From assembly GCF_009914755.1 (NCBI RefSeq), contig NC_060929.1: a DNA stretch of 64,000 nt; one strand, written 5' to 3'. A model generated the notes under the pieces. That model did no database searches and had not been told where the DNA came from. It was given only the letters and a program-made list of their open reading frames with translations. Positions 32,123-44,800 of this stretch are shown piece after piece. A program made the position numbers and the translations under genes. Source of the stretch: the human T2T-CHM13v2.0 reference genome, Homo sapiens. The stretch's first letter is position 1. Each line of letters opens with the position of its first letter.

Positions 32123-35100
32123 TTTCCTTTTCCACCAAAGGCCAAAAAGTGCTCCAGCACTCCAAATATACACATGCATATTTTAGAAAAAGAGCGTTTC
32201 AAAATTGCTCTATCAAAAGAAAGGTTCAACTCTGTGAGTTGAACGCTCACATCACAAAGAAGTTTCTGAGAATGCTTCTGTCTAGATTTTATGTGAAGAT
32301 ATTTCCTTTTCCACCATATGTAGGCAAGCACTACAAATATCCACTTGCAGATTCTACAAAAAGAGTGTTTCAAAACTTCTCTATCAAAAGAAAAGTTCAT
32401 ATCTGTGAGTTGAATGCACATACCACAAAGCAGTTTCTAAGAATGCTTCTGTCTAATTTTTATGTGAAGATATTTCCTTTTCCACCATGGGAAACAAAGC
32501 ACTCCAAATATCCACTAGCATATTCTACAAAAGAGTGTTTTGAAACTGCTCTATCAAAAGAAAGGTCCAACTGTGTGAGTTGAATGCTCACATCACAAAG
32601 AAGTTTCTGAGAATGCTTCTGTCTAGTTTTTATGTGAAGATATTTCCTTTTCCAACAAAGGCCTCAAAGGAAACAATCTATCCTCTGGAAGACTCTACAA
32701 AAAGAGCGTTTCAAAACTACTCTATCAAAGAAAAGGTCCAACTCTGTAATTTGAATGCACACAACACAAAGTCGTTTCTGAGAATGCTTGTTTCTAGTTT
32801 TTATGTGACGATATTTCCTTTTCCACCATAGGCCACAAAACGCTCCAAATATCCACTTGCAGATCCTACAAAAAGAGTGATTCAAAACTGCTCTATCAAA
32901 AGAAAGGTTCAACTCTGTGAGTTGAATGCACACATCACAAAGAAGTTTCGGAGAATGCTTCCCTGTGGTTTTTATGAGAAGATATTTCCTTTTAGACCAT
33001 AGGCATCCAAGCGCTACAAATATCCACTTGCAGATTCTACAAAAAGAGTGTTTCAAAACTGCTCTATCAAAAGAATGGTTCAACTCTGTGAGTTAAATGC
33101 ACACACCACAAAGAAGTTTCTGAGAATGCTTCTGTCTAATTTTTATGTGAAGATATTTCGTTATCCAACATAGACCTCAAAGGAAACAAAGTAGTCAAAA
33201 GAAGACCCTACAAAACGAGTGTTTCAAAACTGTTCTATCAAAAGAAAGTTTCAGCTGAGGGAGTAGAATTCATACATCACAAAGAAGTTTCTGAGAATGC
33301 TTCTGCCTAGTTTTTATTTGAAGATATTTCTTTTTCCACCACTTCCTCAAAGCGCTCCAAATATCCACTTGCAGATTCTGCAAAAAGAATTTCCAAACTC
33401 CTGTATCAAAAGGAAGATTCAACTCTGTGAGTTGAATGCACACATCACAAAGAAGTTTCTGACAATGCTTCTGTCTAGTTTTTCTTTAGATACTTCTTTT
33501 TCAAACATAGGCCTCAAAGGAAACCAAATATCCACTTGCAGATTCTAGAAAAAGATATTTCAAAACTGCTCTATCAAAAGAAATGTTCAACACTGTGAGT
33601 TTTATGCACACATCACAAAGAAATTTCGGAGACTGCTTCTGTCTAGTTTCAAGTGAGGATATTTCTTTTCCACCATAGGCCTCAAACCACTCCTAATATC
33701 CACTTGCAGATTCTACAGAAAGATTGTTTCAAAACTGCTCTACAAAAAGAAAGTTTCAACTGTGTGAGTTGAATGCACACGTCACAAAGATGTTTCTGAA
33801 AATGCTTGTGTCTGTTTTTTCTGTGAAGATATTTCCTTTTACACCATAGGCCTCAAGGGGAACTAAATGTCCACGTGCAGATTCTGTAAAAAGAGTGTTT
33901 CAAAACTGCTCTATCAACAGAAAGGTTCAACTCCGTCAGTTGAATGCACACATCACAAAGAAGTTTCAGAAAATGCTTCTGTCTAGTTTTTATGTCAAGA
34001 TATTGCCTTTTCCAACATAGGCCTCCCAGCGCTCCAAATATCCGCTTGCAGATTCTACAAAAAGAATGTTTCAAACAGCTCTATGTAAGGAGTGGTTCAA
34101 CTCTGTGTGTTGAATGCACACATCACAAAGTAGTTTCTGAGAATGCTTCTGTCTAGTTTTTATATGAAGATATTTTGTTTTCCAACATAGGACACAAAGG
34201 AAACCAAATATCCACTTGCAGATTCCACAAAAAGCGTGTTTCAAAACTGCTCTATCAAAAGAATGGTTCAACTCTCTGTGTTGAATGTACACATCACAAA
34301 AAAGTTTCTGAGAATGCTTCTGTCTAGTTTTTATGTGAAGATATTTCCTTTTCCACCATAAGGCTCAAAGCACTCCAAATATCCACTTGCAGATTCTTCA
34401 AAAAGAATGTTTCAAAACTGCTCTATCAAAAGAAAGCTTCAACCAAGTGGGTTGAAGGCACACATCACAAAGAAGTTTCTGAGAATTCTCGTGTCTAGTT
34501 TTCATGTGAAGATATTTCCTTTTTCACCATAGGCTTCAAGGAGAATCAAATATCCATGTGCAGATTCTGCAAAAGGAGTGTTTCAAAACTGCCCTATTGA
34601 AAGAGAAGTTCGACTCTGTGAGTTGAATGCACACCTGACAAAGGAGTTTCTGAGAATGGTTCTGTCTACTTTTTATGTGAAGATATTTCCTTTTCCACCA
34701 TATGCCTCCAAGTGCTCCAAATATCCACTTATAGATGCTACAAAAAGAGTGTTCAAAATTGCTCTATCAAAAGGAAGGTTCCTATCCGAGAGTTGAATGC
34801 AAACATCACAAAGAAGTTTCTGAGAATGCTTCTGTCTAGTTTTTATGTGAAGATATTTCCTTTTCCAACATACGCCTATAAGGAAAGCAAACATCCAGCT
34901 GGAGATTCTACAAAAAGAGTGTTTCAAAACTGCTCTATCAAAAGAAAGGTTCAACTCTGTGAGTTGAATGCACACATCACAAAGTAGTTTCGGAGAACGC
35001 TTCTGTCCAGTTCTTATGTGAAGATATTTCCTTTTCCACCATAGGCCTCAAAGCGCTCCAAGTATCCACTTGCAGATTCTACATAAAGAGAGTTTCAAAG

Positions 35101-35600
35101 CTGCTTTATAAAAACAAAGGTTAAACTCTGTAAGTTGAATGCACACATCACAAAAGAGTTTCTGAGAATGCTTGTGTCTAGGTTTTATGAGAAGACATTT
35201 AGTTTTCAACCACAGCCCTCCAAGGGCTCCAGATATCCACTTGCAGATTCGATAAAAAGAGTGATTCAAAACTGCTCTATCAAAAGAAATTTTCAACTCT
35301 GTGAGTTGAATGCACACATCACAAAGTAGTTTCTGAGAATGCTTCTGTCTGGTGTTTACGTGAACGTATTACCTTTTCTACCACAGCACTAAAAGCGATC
35401 TAAATATCCACTTGCAGGTTCTGCAAAAAGAGTGTTTCAAAACTGCCCTATCAAAAGAAAGTTTCAACTCTGTGTGTTGAATGCACACATCACAAAGAAG
35501 TTTCTGAGAAAGCTTCTGTCTAGCTTTTATGTGAAGATATTTCCTATTTCATAATATGCCTCAAAGCGTTCCAAATGTCCACTTGCAGATTCTACAAAAA
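32123..35600 (-). repeat. Alpha satellite, A-type layer-2 monomers
   Basis: AAAAGAAAGGTTCAAC and the GGAAAC(A/C)AAATATCC marker also seen at 17.7-25.7 kb; no B-box monomers seen. End boundary approximate. Confidence 0.82.
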
Positions 35601-35882
35601 GAGTGTTTCAAAACTGCTCTATCATAAAGAAGGTTCAACTCTGTGAGTTGAATGCACACATCACAAAGAAGTTTCTGAGAATGCTTCTGTCTAGTTTTTA
35701 TATGAAGATACTTCCTTTTCTACCATGGGCTTCAAAGCACTCCAAAAATCCACTTGTAGATTCTACAAAAACAGTGTTTCAAAACTGCTCTATGAAAAGG
35801 AAGGTTCAACTCTCTGTGTTGAATGTACACATCACAAAGAAGTTTCTGAGAATGCTTCTCTCTAGTTTTTATGTGAAGATAT

Positions 35883-35899
35883 TCCCGTTTCCACCGAAG
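35883..35899 (-). promoter_or_regulatory. CENP-B box, core intact
   Basis: TCCCGTTTCCACCGAAG. Confidence 0.8.
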
Positions 35900-38788
35900 G
35901 CCCCAAAGCCCTCCAAATATCCACTTGCAGATTCTACAAAAAGAGTGTTTAAAAACTGCTCTATGAAAAGGTATATTTAACTCTCTGAGTTGAATGCAAT
36001 CATCACAGAGAAGTTTCTGAGAATGCTTCTGTCTAGTTTTTATATGAAGATACTCCCTTTCCTTATGAAATCCTCAAACCAGTCTAAATATCCACTTGCA
36101 GGTTCTACAAAAAGAGTGTTTCAAAACTGCTCTTTGAAAAGGTATGTTCAACTCTGTGTGTTGAAGGCACATATCAAAAAGAAGTTTCTGAGAATGCTTC
36201 TGACTAGTTTTTATGTGAAGATATTTCGTTTGCCAACGTAGGCCTCAAAGCTATCCAACTATCCACTTGCAGATTCTACAAAAAGAGTGTTTCAAAACTG
36301 CTGTATCAAAAGAAGGGTTCAGCTCTGTGAGTTGAATGCACAAATCACAAAGAAGTTTCGGAGAATGTTTCTTTCTAGTTTTTATGTGAAGATATTTCTT
36401 TTTCCACCATAGGCCTCCAAGCGCTGCAAATATCCACATGCAGATTCTAAAAAAACAGTGTTTCAAAACTTCTCTATAAAAAGAAAATTTCAACACTGTG
36501 AGTTTAATGCACACATCAGGAAGAAGTTTCTGAGAATACTTCTGTCTAGTTTTTAGGTGAAGATAATTCCTTTTCCACCGCAGGCCTCAAAGTGCTCCAG
36601 TATTGCACTTGCAGATTAGACAAAAAGAGTGTTTCAAAACTGCTCTATCAAAAGAATGATTCAACTCTTGGAGTTGAATGCACTTATCAAAAAGAAGTTT
36701 TGGAGAATGTTTCTTTCTAGTTTTTATGTGAAGATACTTCAGTTTCCACCATAGGCCTCAAAGCGTTCCAAATATCCACCTTTAAATACTACAAAAAGAT
36801 TGTTTCAAAACTGCTCTATCAATCAAAAGAAAGGTTCAACTGTGTGAGTTGAATACACACATCACAAAGTAGTTTCTGAGAATATTTGTGTCTGCTTTTT
36901 ATGTAAAGATATTTCCTTTTCCACCATAGCCCTCCAAGCACTCCAAATATCCTCTTGCATATTCTACAAAAAGAGTGTTTGAAAACTGCTCTATCAAAAG
37001 AAAGTTTCAAATCTGTGAGTGGAATGCGCACATCACAAAGAAGTTTCGGAGAATGCTTCTGTCTATTTTTTATGTGAAGTTATTTCCTTTTCCACAATAG
37101 GCCTCGAAGCACTCAAAATATCCACTTACAGATTCTACATAAAGAGTGTTTCAAAACTGCTCTATCAAAACAAAATTTCAACTCTGTGAGTTGAATGCAC
37201 TCATCACAAATCTGTTTGTGATAATGCTTCTGTCTAGCTTTTATCTGAAGATATTTTGTTTTCGAACATAGCCCTCAAAGGGAACAAAATATCCACTTAC
37301 AGATTCTACAAAAAGAGTTTTTCAAAACTGCTCTGTCAAAAAAAAGGATCAATTCTAGGAGTTGAAGGCACACATCACAAAGAAGTTACTGAGAATCCTT
37401 GTTCTAGTCTCTATGTAAAGATATTTCCTTTTCCACACAGGCCTCTAAGGTCTCTAAATGTGCACTTGCAGATTCTAAAAAATGAGTGTTTCAAAACAGC
37501 TATATCAAAAGAAAGGTTCAACTCTGTGAGTTCAATGCTTATATCACAAAGCAGTTTCTGGGAATGCTTCAGCCTAGTTTTTATGTGAAGATATTCCCGT
37601 TTCTACCAAAGGCCTCAAAGTGCTCCAATATCCACTTGCAGATTCTACAAAAAGAGTATTTCAAAACAGCTCTATGAAAAGAAATGTTCATCTCGGTGAG
37701 GTAATTGCAAATATCACAAAGAAGTTTCTGGGAATGCTTCTGTATAGTTTTTATGTTTAGATATTTCCTTTTTCACCAAATGCCTCAAAGTTCACCAAAT
37801 GTCCACTTGCTGCTTCTACAAACAGGGTGTTTCAAAAGCCCTCTATGAAAAGTAATGTTTAAGTCTGTGAGTTGAATGAACACATCACAAAGAAGTTTCT
37901 GAGAATGCTTCTGTCTAGTTTTATATGAAGATATTCCCGTTTACACTGTAGACCACAAAGCACTGCAAATATCCACTTGTAGATTCTACAAAAAGAGTGT
38001 TTCAAAACTGCCTTATCAGAAGAAAGATTCAATTCTGTGATTTGAAAGCACACATCACAATGAAGTTTGTGAGAATGCTTCTGTCTAGTTTTTATGTGAA
38101 GATATACCCGTTTCCAACAAAGGTCTCAAAGTGGTCCAATTATCGAGTTGCAGATTTTACAAAAGAGTGTTTCAAAACTGCTCTATGAAAAGGAATGTTC
38201 AACTCTGTGAGTAGAATGCAAACATCACAAACAAGTTTCCAAGAATGTTTCTCTCTATTTTTTCTATGAAGATATTTCCTTTTTCATAATATGCCTCAAA
38301 GCACTCCAAATGTCTACTTGCAGATCCCACAAAAAGAGTATTTCAAAACTGCTCTATTAAAAAGAAGGTTCAACTCTGTGAGTTGAATGTACACATCACA
38401 AAGAAGTTTCTGAGAATGCTTCTGTCTAGTTTTTATATGAAGATACTTCCTTTTCTACAATAGGCCACAAAGCGCTCCAAAAATCCACTTCTAGATTCCA
38501 CAAAAAGAGTGTTTCAAAACTGCTCAATGAAAAGGAAGGTTCAACTCTCTGTGTTGAATGTACACATCACAAAGAATTTTCTGAGAATACTTCTGTGTAC
38601 TTTTTATGTGAAGATATTCCCGTTTCCACCGCTGGTCTCAAAGAGCTTAAAATATCCACTTGCAGATTTTCCAAAAAGAGTGTTTCAAAAATGCTCTATC
38701 GAAAGGAATGTTCAACTCCCGGTGTTGAATGCACACATCGCAAAGAAGTTTCTGAGAATGCTTCTGTCTAGTTTTTATGTGAAGATAT

Positions 38789-38805
38789 TCCCGTTTCCAC
38801 CGAAG
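38789..38805 (-). promoter_or_regulatory. CENP-B box, core intact
   Basis: TCCCGTTTCCACCGAAG. Confidence 0.8.
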
Positions 38806-41800
38806 GCCTCAAAGCGCTCCAAATATCCACCTGCAGATTACACGAAAAGAGTGTTTCAAAACTGCTATATCAAAAGAAAGGTTCAACTCTGTGAGCTGAA
38901 TGCACGCATCACAAATAAATTTCTGAGAATGCTTCTGTCTATTGTTTATTTGAAGATATTTCCTTTTGCACCATAGCCCTCAAAGTGCTCAAAATGTCCT
39001 CTTGCAGATTCTACAAAAAGAGTGTTTCCAAACTGCTGTATAAAAAGTAAGCTTCAACTCTGTGAGTTGAATGCATGCATCACAAAGAGGTTTCTGAGAA
39101 TGCTTCTGTCTAGTTTATATGTGAAGATATTTCCTTTACCACCATAGGCCTCAAAGCTATCCAATTGTCCACTTGCAGATTCTACAAAAAGAGTGATTCA
39201 AAACTGCTCTATCAAAAGGAGGCTTCAACTATGTGAGTTGAATGCACACATCCAAAGAAGTTTCTGAGAATGCTTCTGTCTAGTTTTTATGTGAACTGAT
39301 TTCCTTTTCTACCATAGCCTTCAAAGTGCTCCAAAAGTACACTTGCAGATTCTACAAAAAGAGGTTTTCAAAACTCCTCTATGAAAAGGTGTGTTCTATT
39401 CTGTGAGTTGAATGCAAACATCACAATGAACTTTCTGAGAATGCTTCTGTCTAGTTTTTATGTGAAGATATTTCCTTTTCCACCATAGCCCTCAAAGAGC
39501 TCCAAATGTCCACTTGCAGATACTACAAAAAGAGTGTTTCAAAACTGCTCTATTGAAAGGAAGGTTCAACTCTGTGAATTGAATGCACACATCACAAAGA
39601 AGTTTCTAAGAAAGCTTCTGTCTACTTTTTATGTGAAGATATACCCGTTTCCACGGACGGCATCAAAGTTGTCCAAATAAACACTTGCTAATTCTACAAA
39701 AATTGTGTCAAAGATGATCTATGAAAAAGTATGTTCAACTCTGTGAGTTGAATGCAATCATCAGAAAGAAGTTTAAGAGAGTGCTTCTGTCTGGTTTTTA
39801 TGAGAATATAAACCCGTTTCCAAAGAAGGCCCCAAATCGGTCAAAATATCCACTTGCAGATTCTACAAAAAGAGAGTTTCACACCTGCTCCACTGAAAGG
39901 AAGGTTCAACTCTGTGAGTTGAATGCACACATCACAAAAAAGTTTCTGAGAATGCTTCTGTCTAGGTTTTATGTGAAGATATTTCCTTTCCCACCATAGC
40001 CCTCAAAGCACTCCAAATATCCACTTGCAGATTCTACACAAAGAGTGTTTCAAAACGGCTCTATGAAAAGGAAGGTTCAACTCTGTGAGGTGAATGCACA
40101 TATCACAAAGAAGTTTCTGAGAATGCTTCTGTCTAGTTTCCATGTGAAGGTATTCCCGTTTCCAACGAGGGCCTCAAACCTGTCCAAATATCCACTTGCA
40201 GATTCAAAAAAAGAGTTTTTCAAAACTTCTCTATCATAAGAATGGTTCAATTCTGGGTTGAATTCACACATCAATAAGAAGTTTCTGAGAATGCTTCTGT
40301 CTAGTTTTAATGTGAGGATATTCCCGTTACCAACGAAGGCCTCAAACTGTTCCAAATGTCCACTTGCAGATTCTTAAAAAAAGAGTGTTTAAAAACTGCT
40401 CTATAAAAGGAAAAGTTCACCTCGGTGAGTTGAATGCACACATCACAAAGAAGTTTCTTAGAATGCTTCTGACTAGTTTTAATGTGAAGATGTTTCCCTT
40501 TCCATGATAGTCCTCAAAGTGCTCCAAATGTCCTCTTACAGAATCTACAGAAAGAGTTTCAAAACTGCTCTATCAAAAGGAAGGTTCAACTCGTGAGTTG
40601 AATGCAACCATCACAAAGAAGTTTTTGAGAATGCTTCTGTCTAGTTTTTATGTGAAGATATTCCCCTTTCCAACGAAGGCCTCAAATCAGTCCAAATATC
40701 CACTTGCAGATTCTAAAAAAAGAGTGTTTCAAAACGGCTCTATCATAAGGAAGGTTCAACTCTATGAGTTGAATGCACACATCACAAAGAAGTTTCTGAG
40801 AATGCTTCTGTCAAGTTTCTATGTGAAGATATTTCCTTGTCTACCATCGCCCTCAAAGCCTTCAAAATGTCCACTTGCAGATTCTGCAAATAGAGTGTTT
40901 CAAAACTTTTCTATCAAAAGGAAGGTTCAAATCTGTGAGTTGAATGCACACATCATGAAGAAGTTTCTGAGAATTTTTCTATCAAGTTTTTATGAGAAGA
41001 TATACCCGTTTCCAATGAAGGCCACAAACCCGTCCAAATATACACTTTCATATTCTAAAAAAAGTGTGTTTCAAAGCTACTCTATGAAAAGCTATGTTCA
41101 ACTCTGTGAGTTGAATGCAACCATCACAAAAAAGTTCCTGAGAATACTTCTATCTAGTTTTTACGTGAAGATATTTCATTATCCACCATAACCCTCAAAG
41201 CTCTCCAAATGTACGCTTGCAGATTCCACACAATGAGTATTTCAAAACTGCTCTATGAAAGGGAAGCTTCAACTCTTTGAGTTGAATGCAAACATCACAA
41301 AGATGTTTCTGAGAATGCTTCCATATAATTATGAGAAGATATACCAGTTTCCAATGATGGGCACAAAGCAGTCAAAATATCCACTTGCAGTTTCTACAAA
41401 AAGAGTGTCTCAAAACTGCTCTACCAGAAGGAAGGTTCAACTCAGTGAGTTGAATAAAAGCATCAGAAAGAACTTTCTGAGAATGCTTCTATCTTGTGTT
41501 TATGTGTAGATATTTCCTTTTCCACCATAGGCCTCAAAGCTCCCCAAATGTCCATTTGCAGATTCTACAAAAAGAGTGTTTCAAAGCTGCTCTATCAAAA
41601 GAAAGGTTCAACTCTGTGAGTTGAATGCACACAACACAAAGTAGTTTCTGAGAATGCTTCTGTCTAGTTTTTATATGAAGATATTTCCTTTTCTACCATA
41701 GACCTCAAAGAGCTCCAAATGTCCGCTGGCAGATTCTACACAAACAGTGTTTCAAAACTACTCTATCAAAAGGAATGGTCACATCTGTGAGTTGAATGCA

Positions 41801-44800
41801 CACATCATAAAGAAGTTTCTGAGTATGCTTCTGTCTAGTTTTTAAGTGAAGATATTCCCGTTTACAATGAAGGCCTCAAATGGTCCAAATATCCACTTGT
41901 AGATTCTAAAAAAAACAGTGTTTCAAAACTGCTCAATCATAAGGAAGGTTCAACTCTGTGAGCTGAATGCACACATCACAAAGAAGTTTCTGAGATGCTT
42001 CTGTCTAGTTTTTATGTGAAGATATTTCCTTTTTCACCATAGCCCTCAAAGCGTTCCAAATGTCCACTTGCAGATTCTACAAAAAGAGTGTTTCAATACT
42101 GCTCTAACAAGAAGAGTTCAACTCTGTGAGTTGAATGCATACATAACAAATAAGTTTCTGAGAATTCTTTTGTCTAGTTTCTATGAGAATATAATCCCAT
42201 TTCCAATGAAGGCTGCAAAGCCGTCCAAATATCCAGTTGCAGATTCTGCAAAAAGAGTGTTTCAAAACTGCACTACCAAAAGTAAGGTTCACATCGTTGA
42301 ACTGAATGCACACGTCACAAAGAAGTGTGTGAGAATGCTTCTGTCTAGTTTTTATGTGAAAATAATATCTTTTCCTAAGAAATCCTCAACGCAGTCCAAA
42401 TATCCACTTGCAGATTCTAAAAACAGAGTGTTTCATAACTGCTCTATCATAAGAGAGCTTCAACTCTATGAGTTGAATGCACGCATCACAAAGAAGTTTC
42501 TGACTATGCTTCTGTCTACTGTCTATGTGAAGATATTTCCTTTTCCACCTTAGACCTCAAAGCGCACCAAATGTCCACTTGCAGATTCTACAAAAAGAGT
42601 GTTTCAAAACTGCTGTATCAAAAGGAAAGTTCAACTCCCTGAGTTGAATGCACACAATACAAAGAAGGTTCTCCCAATGCTTCTGTCTAGTTTTCATGTG
42701 AAGATATTTCCTTTTCCACCATAGCCCTCAGAGTGCTTCAAATATATACTTGCAGATTCTACAAAAAGAGTGTTTAGAAACTGCTCTATCAACAAAAAGT
42801 TCAAATATGTGAGTTGAATGCATACATAACAAAGTAGTTTCTGAGAATGCTTCTGTCAGTTTTTATGAGAATATAATCCCCTTTCCAACGAAGACCACAA
42901 AGCATTCAAAATATCCATTTTCAGATTGTACAAAAAGAGTGTTTCAAAACTGCCCTATCAAAAGAAAGGTTCAACTCTGTGAGCTGAATGCACACATCAC
43001 AAAATAGTTTCTGAGAAGTCTTCTGTCTAGTTTTTATGTGAAGATACTTCCTTTTCCACCATAGGCCTCAAAGTGCTCCAAATGTCCACTTGCAGAATCT
43101 ACATAAAGAGTGTTTCAAAACTGCTCTATCAAAAGTAATGTTCAACTCTGTGAGATGAATGCGCACATCACAAACAAGTTTCTAAGAATGCTTCTGTCTA
43201 GTGTTTATGTGAAGATATTTCCATTTCTACCATAGGCCTCAAAGCTCTCCAAATGTCCACTTGCAGATTCTACAAAAAGAGTGTTTCAAAGCTGCTCTAT
43301 CAAAAGGAAGGTTCAACTCTGTGAGTTGACTGCACACAACACAAAGTAGTTTCTGATAATGTTTCTGTCTAGATTTTATATGAACATATTTCCTTTTCTA
43401 CCGTAGGACTCAAAGCGCACAAAATGTCCACTTGCACATCCTACACAAAGAGTGTTTCAAAACTACTCTAATAAAAGGAAGGGTCACCTCTGAGTTGAAT
43501 GCACACATCACAAAGGAGTGTCTGAGAATGCTTCTGTCTAGTTTTTAAGTGAAGATATTCCCGTTTCCAATGAAGACCTCAAATCGGTCCAAATATCCAC
43601 TTGCAGATTCTAAAAAAAGAGTGTTTCAAAACTGTCCTATCAAAAGAAAGGTTCAACTCTTTGAGTTTAAAGCACACATCACAAAGAAGTTTCTGAGAAT
43701 GCTTCTCTCTAGTTTTTGTGTGAAGATATTTGCTCTCCTACCATAGCCCTAAAAGCGCTCAAAATGTCCACTTGCAGATTCTACAAATAGAGTGTTTCAA
43801 AACTGCTCTATGAAACCGAAGGTTCAACTCTGCGAGTTGAATGCACACATCACAAAGAAGTTTCTGAGAATGCTTCTGTCTAGTTTTTATGTGAAGATAT
43901 TTCCATTTCCCATGAAGGCCTCAAACCGGTCCGAATATCCACTTGCAGATTCTAAAAATAGAGTGTTTCAAAACTGCTCTGTCAACAGAAAGTTTTAACT
44001 CTGTGTGTTGAATTCAAACATCACAAAGAAGTTTCTGAGAATGTTTCTGTCTAGTTTTTATGTGAAGATATTCCCGTTTCCAACAAAGGCTTCAAACCGG
44101 TCTACATATCCACTTGCAGATGCTACAAAAAGAGTGTTTCAAACCTGCTCTATGAAAAGTTGTGTTCCACTCTGAATTGAATGCAAACATCACAAAGAAG
44201 TTTCTGTTAATGCTTCTGTCTAGTTTTTATGTGGGGATATTTCCTTTTCCACCACAGCCCCCAATCACTGCAAATGTCCACTTGCTGATTCTACAAAAAG
44301 AGTGTTTCAAAACTGCTCTATCAAGAGGAAGGTTCATCTCTGTGAGTTGAATGCACACATCACAAAGAAGTTTCTGAGAATGCTTCTATCTGGTTTTTAT
44401 GTGAAGATATTCCCATTTCCAAAGAAGGATTCAAAGCGGTACAAATATCCACTTGCAGATTCTACAAAAATAGTGTTTCAGTGCTGCTCTATTAAAAGGA
44501 AGGCTCAAATCTGTGAGTTGAATGCATACATCCCAAAGGAGTTTCTGAGAATGCTTCTGCTAGTTTGTATGTGAAGATATTCCCTTTTCGACAAGAGCCC
44601 ACAAAGCGCTCTAAATATCCACTTGCAAATTCTACAAAAACAGTGTTTCAAAACTGCTCCATCAAAACGAATGTTCAACTGTATGAGTTGAATGCACACA
44701 TCCCAAAGAAGTTTCCGAGAATGCTTCCGTCTAGTTTTTATGTGAAGATATTTCCTTTTCCCCAATAGAACGCAAAGCGCTCCAAATGTCCAGCTGCAGA

